The notes beneath the pieces are model-generated. The model had not been told where the DNA came from, ran no database searches, and saw only the letters and a list, made by a program, of their open reading frames with translations. The translations under genes were made by a program, and so were the position numbers. A stretch of DNA of 64,000 bases. It comes from Lama guanicoe (taxonomy: Eukaryota). Below, in pieces: positions 11,414-22,589 of this stretch. Where the stretch lies: positions 334,879 through 398,878 of the forward strand of contig MU054204.1 in NCBI GenBank assembly GCA_013239625.1, in the 5' to 3' direction. Position 1 is the stretch's first letter; every line of letters starts with the position of its first letter.

Positions 11414-13930
11414 AGCTCCTGCTTTCTTTCTTCAATATCCCTTTCTTTTTGCTTCCTAAGAAAGAATTTGGTGGTGATGAATGATAGGGTGTGTGTTTCA
11501 TGATAGTGCCTTAGGAGAGATGGCAGGCACCCGAGTTGTTCCCTCCACAGCTAGACCTGGAGCTAGATAGTTGGTGGTTGGCATTTTCTTAGCTGCATGC
11601 TTATTTCTCCTCATCCTTCTTCCCCACTGCTGAAGGAGGGGATGGTTTAAATGTTAGGACTACCGAGTCTTTCCTTTTCAGATTCCTTCTTCAGGGAATG
11701 GCTAAGAGAAGCCTCAGGTATATAAGCTTTTTGAGATAGACCCCTCTTGGGGGAGGTGGGGTCATGTGGTATCCTAGAAAGGGCTGGATGACCTGAGCCT
11801 CACCATCAAGTGCTGGTTACTAGCTTTGGGTTCTTGACAAAGCAGTTCAGCTTTCTATGTCTCTGTTTCCTCATCTATAAAGGGGACATAATAATAGCAG
11901 TTAGCGATGAGGTTGGAGTCATGATTGAATAAGCTAACATATGCAGAGTGCTTAGTGCCAGGTACCTCTTAAGTATTCAATAAATGGTCCCTGTGTTTGT
12001 TTGCTTTTTAAGTTAATAGTATGTCAGGCACTAGGCTGAGTGATTTCACACATGGGACTGCGTTTAATCCGGACTGTAAACTCATGAATAAGGGATGGTT
12101 ATCATCCCCATTTTACAGATTAATAATCTACAACTCAGAGAAGTGATTTGTGCAAGGTCACACGACTAGGATTGGAATGTGAGTGTGGACTGACTCCAAG
12201 GCTAGGGCTATTCAGGAAAAATACTAATAGGCCAAGCATTAGACCCTCTAAGTAGTTTCCAATCCTTTCCCCTACTAGGGCTAGAAGGCTCCAGCTCTGG
12301 CTGCAGTGCCTCCGCTGGGATTTTCCTCCCTGCAACTTGTGCTTTCTTCCCAGTGGTCCCAATGCCCCCACTGTCTTGCTTCTGTCTCCTTTAGGGTTGT
12401 TTCCCCCTCCTGGAGAAATCCTAGAGAGAGTAGGGGCCTTTGTAAGTTGACTGTCATAGTGTGGCAAGGGGGTGATGCTAGTGGAACCTTGACAGTGGAT
12501 GGACAAATCTGGGTGGAGATAATCTTGAACCATCAAGAATGACAAGTGTAAGCTGACAACCCTTATTACCATCCCTACTACTTTTTGACCACTTGCAACA
12601 CATCACTGTGTCCCAGATGCTTTGAGAATATTCTCTCTCGTCTCCACAATAACCTAGCCCAGTAAGGATTGTTGTTCTTTTTTTTTTCAGGTAAGAAAAC
12701 TAAAGCTCAGATGGTTAAGTGACTTCCATAGAATCACACATCCAATGTGGTAAAGTTAGGATGTGAACCTAGTAGATCTGTCTCACTTGTTTTAGTCTCA
12801 TCATCTACTGGCTTGGTATAGTTGGTAGGATGGGACTGACATACATGAAATGATAATGAGCAGTATAAAACACTATATTATTTTGGGTTAAACTGTGAGG
12901 ACTAGATTACTGAGGACAAGCTCCCTGGAGTAATCTTACTTGAGGAGTACCTGGAAGAACAGTGGATTTTGATTAAGAAAATGAAAGGGGGCATTCCAGG
13001 CAGAGGGAGTAGTCATAATCAACTGAAATTGATTGAGGTCTTACCAGACCCTGTTCCAGGCAGTTGACATGCACTGTCTCATTTGATCTTGACCACCCCA
13101 TTAATTAGGTACTATTATCCCCATTTTATTGTCATGGCAACTAGAGCTCAGAGAAGTGGGGGCATCTGTCTAAAGCAACAGAGCTAATAAGTGGAGGAGC
13201 TGAGGTTCAAACCAAGGTGCTCCAACTCCACAGCCGGTGCTGGATTCTACTGGAAACCAACAGCAAAGGCATAAAGCTGGTTGCAGGGCATGATTGGAGC
13301 AGAGAAACGAGAGGTTGGGATGAGTGGGTTCAGATAGCTTATAGAGGGCTTTGAAAGTTGTATTTGTGAGAGAGGATGAGCTCCACGTCCTTCTGTTCCA
13401 CCATCTTGAAGCCCCTCTGAGGGCTTTGAAACTTGGATCCACTTCACACTTAATGCTAGACAGGTTAAGAAATAGGGAGCCAGTGAAGATTCTTGAATAG
13501 GAAAGTGCCAAAATCCAACTGGTATTTGACATGGTAAGATCTAAGAGCAGTGACTGGAAATGAAACAATGTGAGATGACTAGCAGACTAACACGGTATGT
13601 TGGACATCAGGTGTCAAAGGCCTGGACTAGAACAGGAGGTGGTGGTGCTGGGTTCTGTGGAGAAGTATGATTATGCGGAATAGTCTCAGTGAAAATGGTA
13701 GCGGGGGTGAGGGGCAGTGCGGGGAGAGAAAGAGGCAATGCCAAAGAGATATTATGAAAGAAGACTTAGTAGAACTCAGGAAAGGATTGGATGGTTGAGG
13801 GGAAGGTGGTACCAAGGCTGACTACTCACATTTTAAACCCTGGACTCAGAACCTCAGGAATCTGGGATGTGGAAGAAGGGCCCCAAATAAGAGAGGTGCC
13901 CTGTTCTCCACTGTATCTTCAGTGCCTAGA

Positions 13931-14002
13931 AGCATAGTACATAGTAGATATCCATGGTACATAGTACATAGCAGTACATAGTACATAGAGGTACATAGTA
14001 CT
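13931..14002. repeat. Degenerate 7-bp tandem repeat (GTACATA)n
   Basis: Repeated gtacata units with short interruptions. Confidence 0.8.
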
Positions 14003-14020
14003 TCTGTGAGATGCTTTTTA

Positions 14021-14131
14021 TTTATTTATTTTTTTTACTTTCTTGATGGAGGTACAGGGGATTGAACCCAGGACCCTGTGCACGCTGAGTATACACTCTA
14101 CCACTGAGCTGTATACCACCGCCACAGCCCA
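14021..14131 (-). mobile_element. tRNA-Ala-derived SINE
   Basis: TSD agatgcttttta at 14009-14020 and 14132-14143. Confidence 0.9.
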
Positions 14132-14996
14132 AGATGCTTTTTAAATCATTTTTAGAAATTGACTGCTGTTGACAGCCACTGGAGAGATTTCTAGCATCAT
14201 GGTTTTATGTGTGAGACTCTGGGGCAGGCACCTTCCCCCAAGGTCTTCTTGTGCCTTCAGCCTCCCTGATGGGCACTCCAAAATCCATAATAGAACAGTG
14301 TGGTTAAATGCAGGGGGCCCCACCTGCCTTTCGTTCCCATAAATTTAAGCCGCTGCTGCTGACCTGTGGCCCTGGTTTCCTGACCTTTGGCCGGCAGCTT
14401 CCACTGCCCTTCCTCTTCCACCTCCTCTGTGTCTGAGAGCACTCAACCCATGTTTTCCCCCCTCTGCAAGGCCATTCTCTTCAGGACTACCTTTTTAGGC
14501 CTTCGCCCTCGAGAGCCTTGCACTGCTGGGATTTTCTGGGTTTCCTCTGGGGTGAGGGGCATTCCCAGCCAGGATGGAATCCAGCTTGAGTCTGTCCGCT
14601 ACTGCTCCTGGGAGGTAGAGAGCTGATTGATCCCACTACGTAACAAGAGTGTTGAAAACAGGAGCCCTTATCTTCATCAGCTTTGCTCTCTTGGTGTGTG
14701 GTGTGTCTAGTATAGAATCTGCCACAGTAAATGAATGAATAAATTAGTCAGTAAGCTATCATCTACTTATCTTTCTGTCATCTCCTTTATTTATCATCTG
14801 TTTTGCTTACTCGGTCATCCATCTCATACACTGTCATCCATTTTTCTCTATGTAGTTCCCTATAAACTTTCTCAGACTTTTCTCCCTTTCCGTCATTTGC
14901 TTTTCCTCTGTATCATTGCTCTCTCTTATTTCCATCATCTACCTGGCCTTTCTTTTTTTTTTTCTAATTGAACTATAGTCAGTTTACAATGTTGTG

Positions 14997-15152
14997 GGGT
15001 TTTTTTTAATTTTAAAAAAATTGGGGGTGGGGAGGTAGTTAGATTTTTTTATTTGTCTTTTTTTCAGTGGAGGTTGGAGGTGGTGGAGATTGAATCCAGG
15101 ACCTTATGCATGCTAATCATATACTCTACCACTGAGCTATACCATCCTCTGC
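14997..15152 (-). mobile_element. tRNA-Ala-derived SINE inserted in a young L1 3' fragment (~14950-15270)
   Basis: TSD tacaatgttgtg at 14985-14996 and 15153-15164, which is L1 3' UTR sequence. Confidence 0.88.
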
Positions 15153-15286
15153 TACAATGTTGTGATAATTTCTGGCATACAGCATGGTTATTATATATAT
15201 ATTATATATATATATATTCCTTTTCATATTCTTTTTCATTATAGGCTATTACAAAGTATTGAATATTACCAGCCCTTCTGAACACT

Positions 15287-15351
15287 NNNNNNNNNNNNNN
15301 NNNNNNNNNNNNNNNNNNNNNNNNNNNNNNNNNNNNNNNNNNNNNNNNNNN
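15287..15351. other. Assembly gap (65 N)
   Basis: Run of N next to CT-rich low-complexity sequence. Confidence 1.
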
Positions 15352-16416
15352 TTCCCCCTCCCTCTTCTTTCATTCTCCCCCTCCCCCCTTTCTCTCTCTC
15401 ATTCTCTCTCACATCAGTCATCTCTTATCTCCTGGCACTACTCATGCCCCACATGCACTCTTCCCTATACCATTCTTCCCCGCTGACGAGGGCGGTGTCT
15501 ATTTATGTGAAATATACCCGAGGACATGGATGGGTCCTGTGTAAGCCAGTCAGTAGAAGAGTTGTGGCTGTAGCCTCCGGCACCAGAAGGACCCTATGAT
15601 TGCATCCAGGACCTTGGTCTCAGACCTGTTTCCCTTTATTCACCCCTCTGCTGCTGAAGAGTATCCTCTGTCAGCCTATCACCATGCCATCCACCTCCTT
15701 GTTCAATCTTTCCTGGCAGGGTTTGGGGCTCCCTGCCACCACTTTGCCTGCAAACTTCGCTACTTCATCTCTTTGCCCATGTTCTCATTCACTGTCTCAG
15801 TGCCTTTACTGTGCTTTATTTGTGCTAGCTCTTTCACTCTCGCTAATCTGTAAGTTCTCAAGGGCAAAGCCTATGTTTGATTAATCTCTGTATCCCCAGA
15901 GCTATGCACAGATGGTACACCACACATGTACCACAAATGCTAATCAAATGAATGAGTGAAAATTGGAGAATTGACAGTCTGGTGTTGATTTGTTCAAACT
16001 TCTCAATCATTTCCCTCTTCGTTTCTTAGAGAAAAATGGGAAGATGGGTCAGATTGATTATTTTTCTCCAAGAAAACTTGGGGTGGGCATGCCATTCATT
16101 GGGCAGCTACACTCACTTATTCCATGAGTATTTATTGAGCATCTACTGTGTGTCCGGCACTGCAGTACATGCTTGGGATATACCCATAAGCAAAAAAGCC
16201 CTGTGAGGCTAACCTTCTGTAACTCCAGGAATTGCCCTCGGGGTGAAGGAGATTTGGGTACTGGGTGCTGAGGGGAGCCACAAAGATTCCTACACCAGCT
16301 CCTTGCAAGATGGTCTACTTCATTTAAAGGAAAGAGGGGGTAGGGGCGGAAGCTTCCTGGGAAGTGATTTCAGCTCTGGTTCCCTAAGTTGACTTCCTGT
16401 CCCTCTCTTGCTGTAG

Positions 16417-16551
16417 GAGAAACGCCCCTGTCAGTAGGCCGCACTCATGGCATGTGGCCAAGCTGCTGGAGGGATGCCCTGAAGTGGCCACCACCATGCA
16501 TTTCCCTTCTGAAGCCTTCAGCTTGTCCTGGCATTCCGGCTGCAACACTAG
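16417..16551 (+). CDS. SHROOM4: SHROOM4 coding exon (human exon 3 equivalent), 135 nt, phase 2-2
   Basis: Not in the ORF track frame. Acceptor ccctctcttgctgtAG|G and donor ACTAG|GTGAGT. Reads RNAPVSRPHSWHVAKLLEGCPEVATTMHFPSEAFSLSWHSGCNT, the Shroom post-PDZ RPHSWH motif. AG+T joins the next exon in frame as Ser. Confidence 0.95.
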
Positions 16552-17893
16552 GTGAGTCTAGAACCCTCCCCTCAAGACAGCCTGGAGGTGAGATAACCTG
16601 GCTTCTCCTTCTCCCTCACTCTAGTCCCCATTGGAGGTGGCTGAGCCCGGAATGCTATCCCAGAAAATGGAGTTGGGGTCCAGGGTGCCTGGCTTCTAGT
16701 CCTCATCTCCTTCTAACTCTCTGTGACTTTAGGACAGTCCCTTTGCTTTTTGAAAATGTTTCCTTGAAATACTGACCTTACTTGGCTTGCCAGACACCCC
16801 TCTCCTTGCTTTTTATCTTATTTCACCGGCTGTTCCTTTGCAGACCCTTTCCCTGGCTCCTCCTCATCATCCTGGTCTCTAATGTCGGTGGGCCCAGGAT
16901 TCGATTCTGGTCTGCTTCTCTAGCTCCAGCGACTCCCAGGTGACTTCCTCCAGTGTTCCTCTCACCCAGCTCTGCCACAGAACCAAAGCCTTCAGAATGG
17001 GACCTCCCTGAATAGCAGGGTCCACCTGCAAGAATGAGGATCTCTCAGCATGGGGGTCTTGGTATGGTTTGTCTTTGAAACATCTGCCCAGAAGATGCAA
17101 AGAACTTTTTCAGCCAACTCAGAGGCAGCAGAGCTGCTGGCCTTGGCTGCCTTTTCCCTACCTGACATAATGTTCCCTCCAAGAGGAGTTCTCTGTTGAG
17201 GAGGCTCAGGGAAGCTAAGGGTTGCATTTGCCCCTACTCGGTGTCTTTATTTGGCATTGGAAGCCAGGGGCTCAGGGCCGAGGCATAGGCAGTTTTGTTC
17301 TGGAAGAATACACAGAAACACATTCTAAGCTTGGATCCTGTTGGAGTGGGGGTTGGGTGGTTTTCAGCAGTAAGGGTGATGGGGGTGGGTCGCAGCTCTC
17401 CTTGCCAACCAGGAATTGATGGATTCCTAGCCCAGAGGTCAAGTGAGTGGAGTGGCTAAGGGGCAAGGCAGGGAGAAAAAAAGAATTAGGAGAGGCTGAC
17501 CTGGGCGGGTGGCAGTGGGGAAAGGGAGGTCCTGCCAGTGCTCAGCTCTGGCATTCAGAAACTTGGCCTTTCTGAGAGCAGCCTGCAACCTCTGGGGTTC
17601 TATCATAGGGAGTTACTGGCATGACTTGGCTCAGTTTGACTTTGTGTGTGGGAAATGATACTTAAAATTCGGGATTGGGTCTGATCCTCATCCCTTCCTT
17701 GGTCTTCCTAGTTTGGCTTTGCCATGGGGGGATGAGGGCGGCGTGGGTGAGCAGGATACTATAGTATCCATAAACGCTTATAGTAGGGAGGATGCTGATA
17801 ACAGTAGCAGTGGAAACAACAATCAAGAGAGCAGCAGCTCCCAGGTATTGAACCTTTGCTAGGTGCCCAGGCTGTGATGAGAGCTTTACTTTT

Positions 17894-18154
17894 TTTGCAT
17901 TCTTTTTTTTTATTGTAGTATAGTCAGTTTACAATGTTGTGTCAATTTCTGGGGTACAGCATAATGTTTCAGTCATATATATACACATACATATACAAGG
18001 GATAAATTGGAAGTTCGAAATTTGCAGATACACATTACTATGTATAAAATAAACAACAAGGACCTACTGTATAGTACAGGGAATTATATTCAATATCTTG
18101 TAAGGACTATAATGAAAAAGAATATGAAAACGAATGTATATATGTATGTGTATA
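17894..18154 (-). mobile_element. Young L1 3' insertion with 5' inversion (twin priming)
   Basis: Antisense tail segment 17894-17996 joined to sense segment 17997-18154. TSD agagctttactttt at 17880-17893 and 18155-18168. Confidence 0.88.
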
Positions 18155-18584
18155 AGAGCTTTACTTTTATTGTCTGACTTCACCACAAAGCAACCTTCTG
18201 GTACAGATAATACTATTATTCCCATTTAACAGACAGTATAACAGAAGAACAAGGACATTAGACTCACAGAGGCCTGGGTTCACATTCCAGTTCTGATTCT
18301 TTAGGGACTTGGTGAGCTTGTCACTTTGCTTTCCCTCTCTAAGCTTCAGTTTTTCTTATTTGTGAAGTGCAGATGATAATCTCTCCCTTGAAGTTTGACA
18401 TGATACATTGAAAAGTGCCTGGCACAACATAGGTCCTTGGTAAATGGTCGGGATGACTATTATCAAGAAAAGAACAGAGAAGCGCCTAAATTCTGGTCCT
18501 GTCCAGGCCTTGAACTAGAGCTGGGCTATCTTGAGAAAATCACCCCATCACAATCACTTCCCTTCACAGGGCTGGCTTGACACC

Positions 18585-18760
18585 AGTGGTTCTCCAAAGC
18601 GTGGTCCCTGGACCAATGGCATCAGCCTTGCCCAGGAACCTGTCAGAAGTAAAAATTCTCCAGATCCCACCCAGACCTAAAACTCTAGGCATGAGGCCTA
18701 GTCACCTGCTATGATGATCCCTCTGGGTGATTCTGATGCCCGCTCCAATTTGAGAAACAC
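18585..18760. mobile_element. MER5A-like hAT-Charlie MITE (similar copies near 283-810, 9175-9310, 27110-27430, 31200-31390, 35245-35430, 38380-38560, 58120-58270)
   Basis: cagtggttctccaaagcgtggtccctggacc...ggtgattctgatgcccgctccaatttgagaaacac. Confidence 0.75.
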
Positions 18761-19200
18761 AGATTTATAAGATGGGCTGGCTGAAATGGAATCAGCCCTC
18801 TAGGGCCCCTCGCAAATGCTTATAGTCTCTGCTTCTTTTCTTCTAGCAGAGAGCTCCAGCTGGCTCTTTGGGAACACTGACAGGCCAGAAGCAATTCTAG
18901 ACTCACTGGAGGCACAGAAACAGAGCATAACCCCCAATGGAGTTGTCACACTTTTTGTCTTTGGGATCTCACCCTATCCTTCCATAGATCATCTTGTCTC
19001 CCATTTTCCCACATTTCTGTGCCACCCCTAAGTGTCCATCTCTTCCCCTGTTTCCCTTCCTTCTTCTTTTGCCTCATCTCCCTCTCCTTGTGGCATGGGT
19101 GTCTCTGGATTTTCCTGCCTTCTCCTGTGGCAGGACTGGCCATGGTGGCAAAGGGATCTGGTGACGTTGCTGACTAACCGGTGTATCCTGTGTCTTTCAG

Positions 19201-21685
19201 TGACGTGTGTGTGCAGTGGTGTCCCCTCTCCCGGCACTGCAGCACCGAGAAAAGCAGCTCCATTGGCAGCATGGAGAGCCTGGAGCAACCAGGCCAAGCC
19301 ACCTATGAGGGCCACCTCTTGCCCATTGACCAGAGCACATACCCCAACCAACGTGATTCAGCCTATAGCTCCTTTTCGGCCAGCTCCAATGCCTCTGACT
19401 GTGCCCTTTCTCTCAGGCCAGAGGAGCCAGCCTCTGCAGACTGCAGCACGCAAGGCCCCGGGCCAACTAAGGCCCCTAATGGCCGACTTAACGTGGCCGA
19501 GACCTCAGGAGGCGGCCGGCTCACCAGTGGGGGACACCTGACTCCAAGCTCCCAGACATCATCCCGTCCCCAGGAGGTCAAGCCCTCAGGGCCTGCCAAG
19601 GCTGCCAGGGGTCCCCCACAACCTCCAGTGAGGCGAGACAGTCTTCAGGCATCCAGAGCCCAACTCCTCAACGGAGAGAAGCGCAGGGCTTCTGAGCTTA
19701 TGGACTCCTTGCAACAAGAGAAACCTAGCTTAGACACTGTGCTCTCCCCAAGGAACCCTAACAAGTTCTGCTGCCTCAGCGGGCCAGACCAAGTGACAAA
19801 TGAGGGCCATCAGAACTGTGAGCTCAGCCAACCCCCTGAAGCCAGCCAGAAGGGCTCTGAGCATCTACTGATGGAGGCCTCGGCCAAAGCTGTTGGATTC
19901 CCAAAAACGTATGACAAAGCTTCCAGCATAGATTCCAGCCCACTCAACAAGGCTTCAGCAGAGCTGGCTAAGGCTTCCTCTTTTGGCAGCCCTCCACACC
20001 TTACAGGACCCGCAGGGCATCGTCATAGTGCCCCGGAGCAGCTGCTGGTGTCCCACCTGCAGCACATGCACCTTGACACTAGGGGCAGCCAGGGGACGGA
20101 GCTCCCAGCTGGGCAGGATGGGCAGGAGTGGACTGTATCCCCTTTGCACAGCAGCCACACTGGGAAGAAAAGCCCATGTACCCCTGCGGGAGGAACCCAG
20201 GACCAGCCTAGCAAAGAGAGAAAGACCAGGCCAGTGGATGAGAGGCCTTTTGGTTCAGGGTGCCAGAGCCCAAGCAGTTCCCCACATGGAGAGGCGGATG
20301 GACACCCTCCAGAAAGAGGTTTCCAGGAGCCAAACAGAGCAAACAGAGCAGACAGTGAATTGGCCAGCCAGCCACCCTCTGCTTCTGGTTCCCTTGCTCA
20401 ACCAACCAGGGACTGTTCTTCAACCACTAAAGTAGCTGGCAGCACAGAGGCAACTGAAGAAGGGGACAGTGAGCCCAAGGAGTGTGGCCGGGTAGGTGGG
20501 AAGCGAAACGGAGGGACCCGGGGCCGCTCGATCCAAAACCGGCGGAAGAGTGAGCGTTTTGCTACCAATCTACGTAACGAAATTCAGAGGAGGAAGGCCC
20601 AGCTCCAGAAAAGCAAGAGTCCCTTGACACAGCTGTGTGACCCTAAGGAGCCAGTAGAAGAGACAGAGGAGCCCCTAGAAAGTCCACCACTTCCTGCCTC
20701 GAACTCATCCCTTCTGTCTTCATATAAGAAACCACCTAGCCCCAAAGACAAGCTCTTCAACAAGAGTATGATACTCAGGGCTAGGTCTTCAGAGTGCCTC
20801 AGCCAAGCCCTGGAGGGCCATGAATCTAGTACGGGCTTGGAGGGACAAATGAGCCCAAGCCAGAGACCGGGTCAGTCTTCTTTGAGCCTGAACACGTGGT
20901 GGAAAGCCTCCGACCCATCCTCCTCAGACTCGGAAAAAACAAATGTTCACCGCGGAGTCCGCGGAGGTCATTGGAGGTGGTCCCCAGAACACAACCTGCA
21001 GCCACACGTGGCACTAGCCATGGAAGGCCCTTCCAACCCAGGTGACAAGGAATTGAAGGCTTCTAGTGCCCAAGCTGGGGAGGAAGCCATCCTCTTGCCC
21101 TTTGCAGACAGAAGAAAGTTCTTTGAAGAGAGTAGCAAATCCTTATCTACATCTCACTTGCCTGGTTTAACCACTCATAGCAAGACTTTTACCCAGAGAC
21201 CAAAACCTCTGGACCAAAACTTCCAGCCAATGAGCTCCAGCTACAGGGAATTGAGGCGCCATCCCCTGGACCAATCATATCATTCCACTGACCAACCGTA
21301 TCACGCCACAGACCAGTCGTATCATTCCATGTCACCCCTTCAGTCAGAAACTTCCACTTACACGGAATGTTTTGCGAGCAAAGGTCTAGAACAGTCCATG
21401 TGTTGTAAGCCACTCCACTGTGGTGATTTTGATTACCACAGGACGTGCTCTTACTCCTGCAGTGTCCAGGGAGCTGTAGTCCATGACCCTTGCCTTTATT
21501 GTTCTGGAGAAATCTGCCCTGCTTTGCGAAAGAGAAATATGGTGCCAAATTGCTACAACTGCCGATGCCACCACCACCAGTGCATTCGGTGTTCAGCTTG
21601 CTATCATAATCCCCAGCACGGTACCCTCGAGGACAGCAGCTTGGCACCAGGCAACACTTGGAAACCTAGGAAGCCAACGGTGCAG
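19201..21685 (+). CDS. SHROOM4: SHROOM4 large central exon (exon 4 equivalent), 2485 nt
   Basis: Lies within the 843-aa ORF 19181-21712. Acceptor tgtctttcAG at 19199-19200 and donor CAG|GTGAGG. Contains Shroom motifs SSIGSMESLE, RDSAYSSFSASS, PPQPPVRRDS, RKSERFATNLRNEIQRRKAQL and LPFADRRKFFEE. Confidence 0.97.
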
Positions 21686-22589
21686 GTGAGGACTTGGTTC
21701 TTGGATGGGTGAGCTTCATTATTCTCTTTGTGAGGAGAAAACTAGGCAAATCATTGGAAAAGACAGCAATTCTAATGCCTTAAAACTATATAGTGCTGGC
21801 CACACCAGAAGATAGCTGACTAACCTTGGGCAAGACACTCAGCCACCAGAATTGCAGTTACCTCATCTTTCGAGTTAGAATAAAATAACTTTTGCTCCAC
21901 AAAATGGACAGAACTGGGCTTCATAGCTTGACTGTACAGTTGGTATCTGAGTGACCTTAAGTGAGTCATTCAACCACCAAAAGTGGTAGTTACGTGATTT
22001 TTAAAGGGAAAATTAAAAAAGAAGTTTTACTTCATAAAATGGCCAGTACAAAATAAGGTTTTATTACCTCATCTCTAAAGGAGAGGAAAATAATGGCTGC
22101 CCCTTGGATTGGTTGGGAGGATCAAAGAAGATTGTGTAACACAGAGTGCCAGGCTCAGTGCCTGATACAAACCAACATGCAGTCCCTTCCCTTTCCTGCT
22201 TTAAAACTATTTGAAGCTGCCAAATTTGCAAATGTCTCCCAGGCTTAGCTCTCAGAGATATGATTGTCTGGTTTTCTGAAGGGCATATTCTTTCCCTCTT
22301 CTGCTGTCTGTCTCTGTCAAAGACCCAGGTTGAAACTGGCTGTGGCTCTCCCCTGGTTATGAACTACAGCCCTAATACAAGCCACCACCATCCCCCAAGG
22401 CATCTCTGGGAGGACTCTGTATGCCCTTGCCAGCTCACCGCCAAATTTCTTCACCACGGCTTTTCTAGGGCCACCTTTTGGCTGGTGCACTCAAACCAGA
22501 AGTTAGTTATTGTGTTGAATTGTTGCACAGACCGACACTTCTGAATGACTTAGTGTATGAAATTGCCCAATACATATCCTTTGAAAAAA

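Noticed and set aside
16389..16775. 128-aa ORF overlapping exon 3
   Set aside because: Wrong frame. The real exon is in another frame with a recognisable Shroom motif and splice sites.
19181..21712. Stand-alone 843-aa single-exon gene
   Set aside because: It begins at a non-ATG codon and is bounded by splice sites that join SHROOM4 exons in frame.
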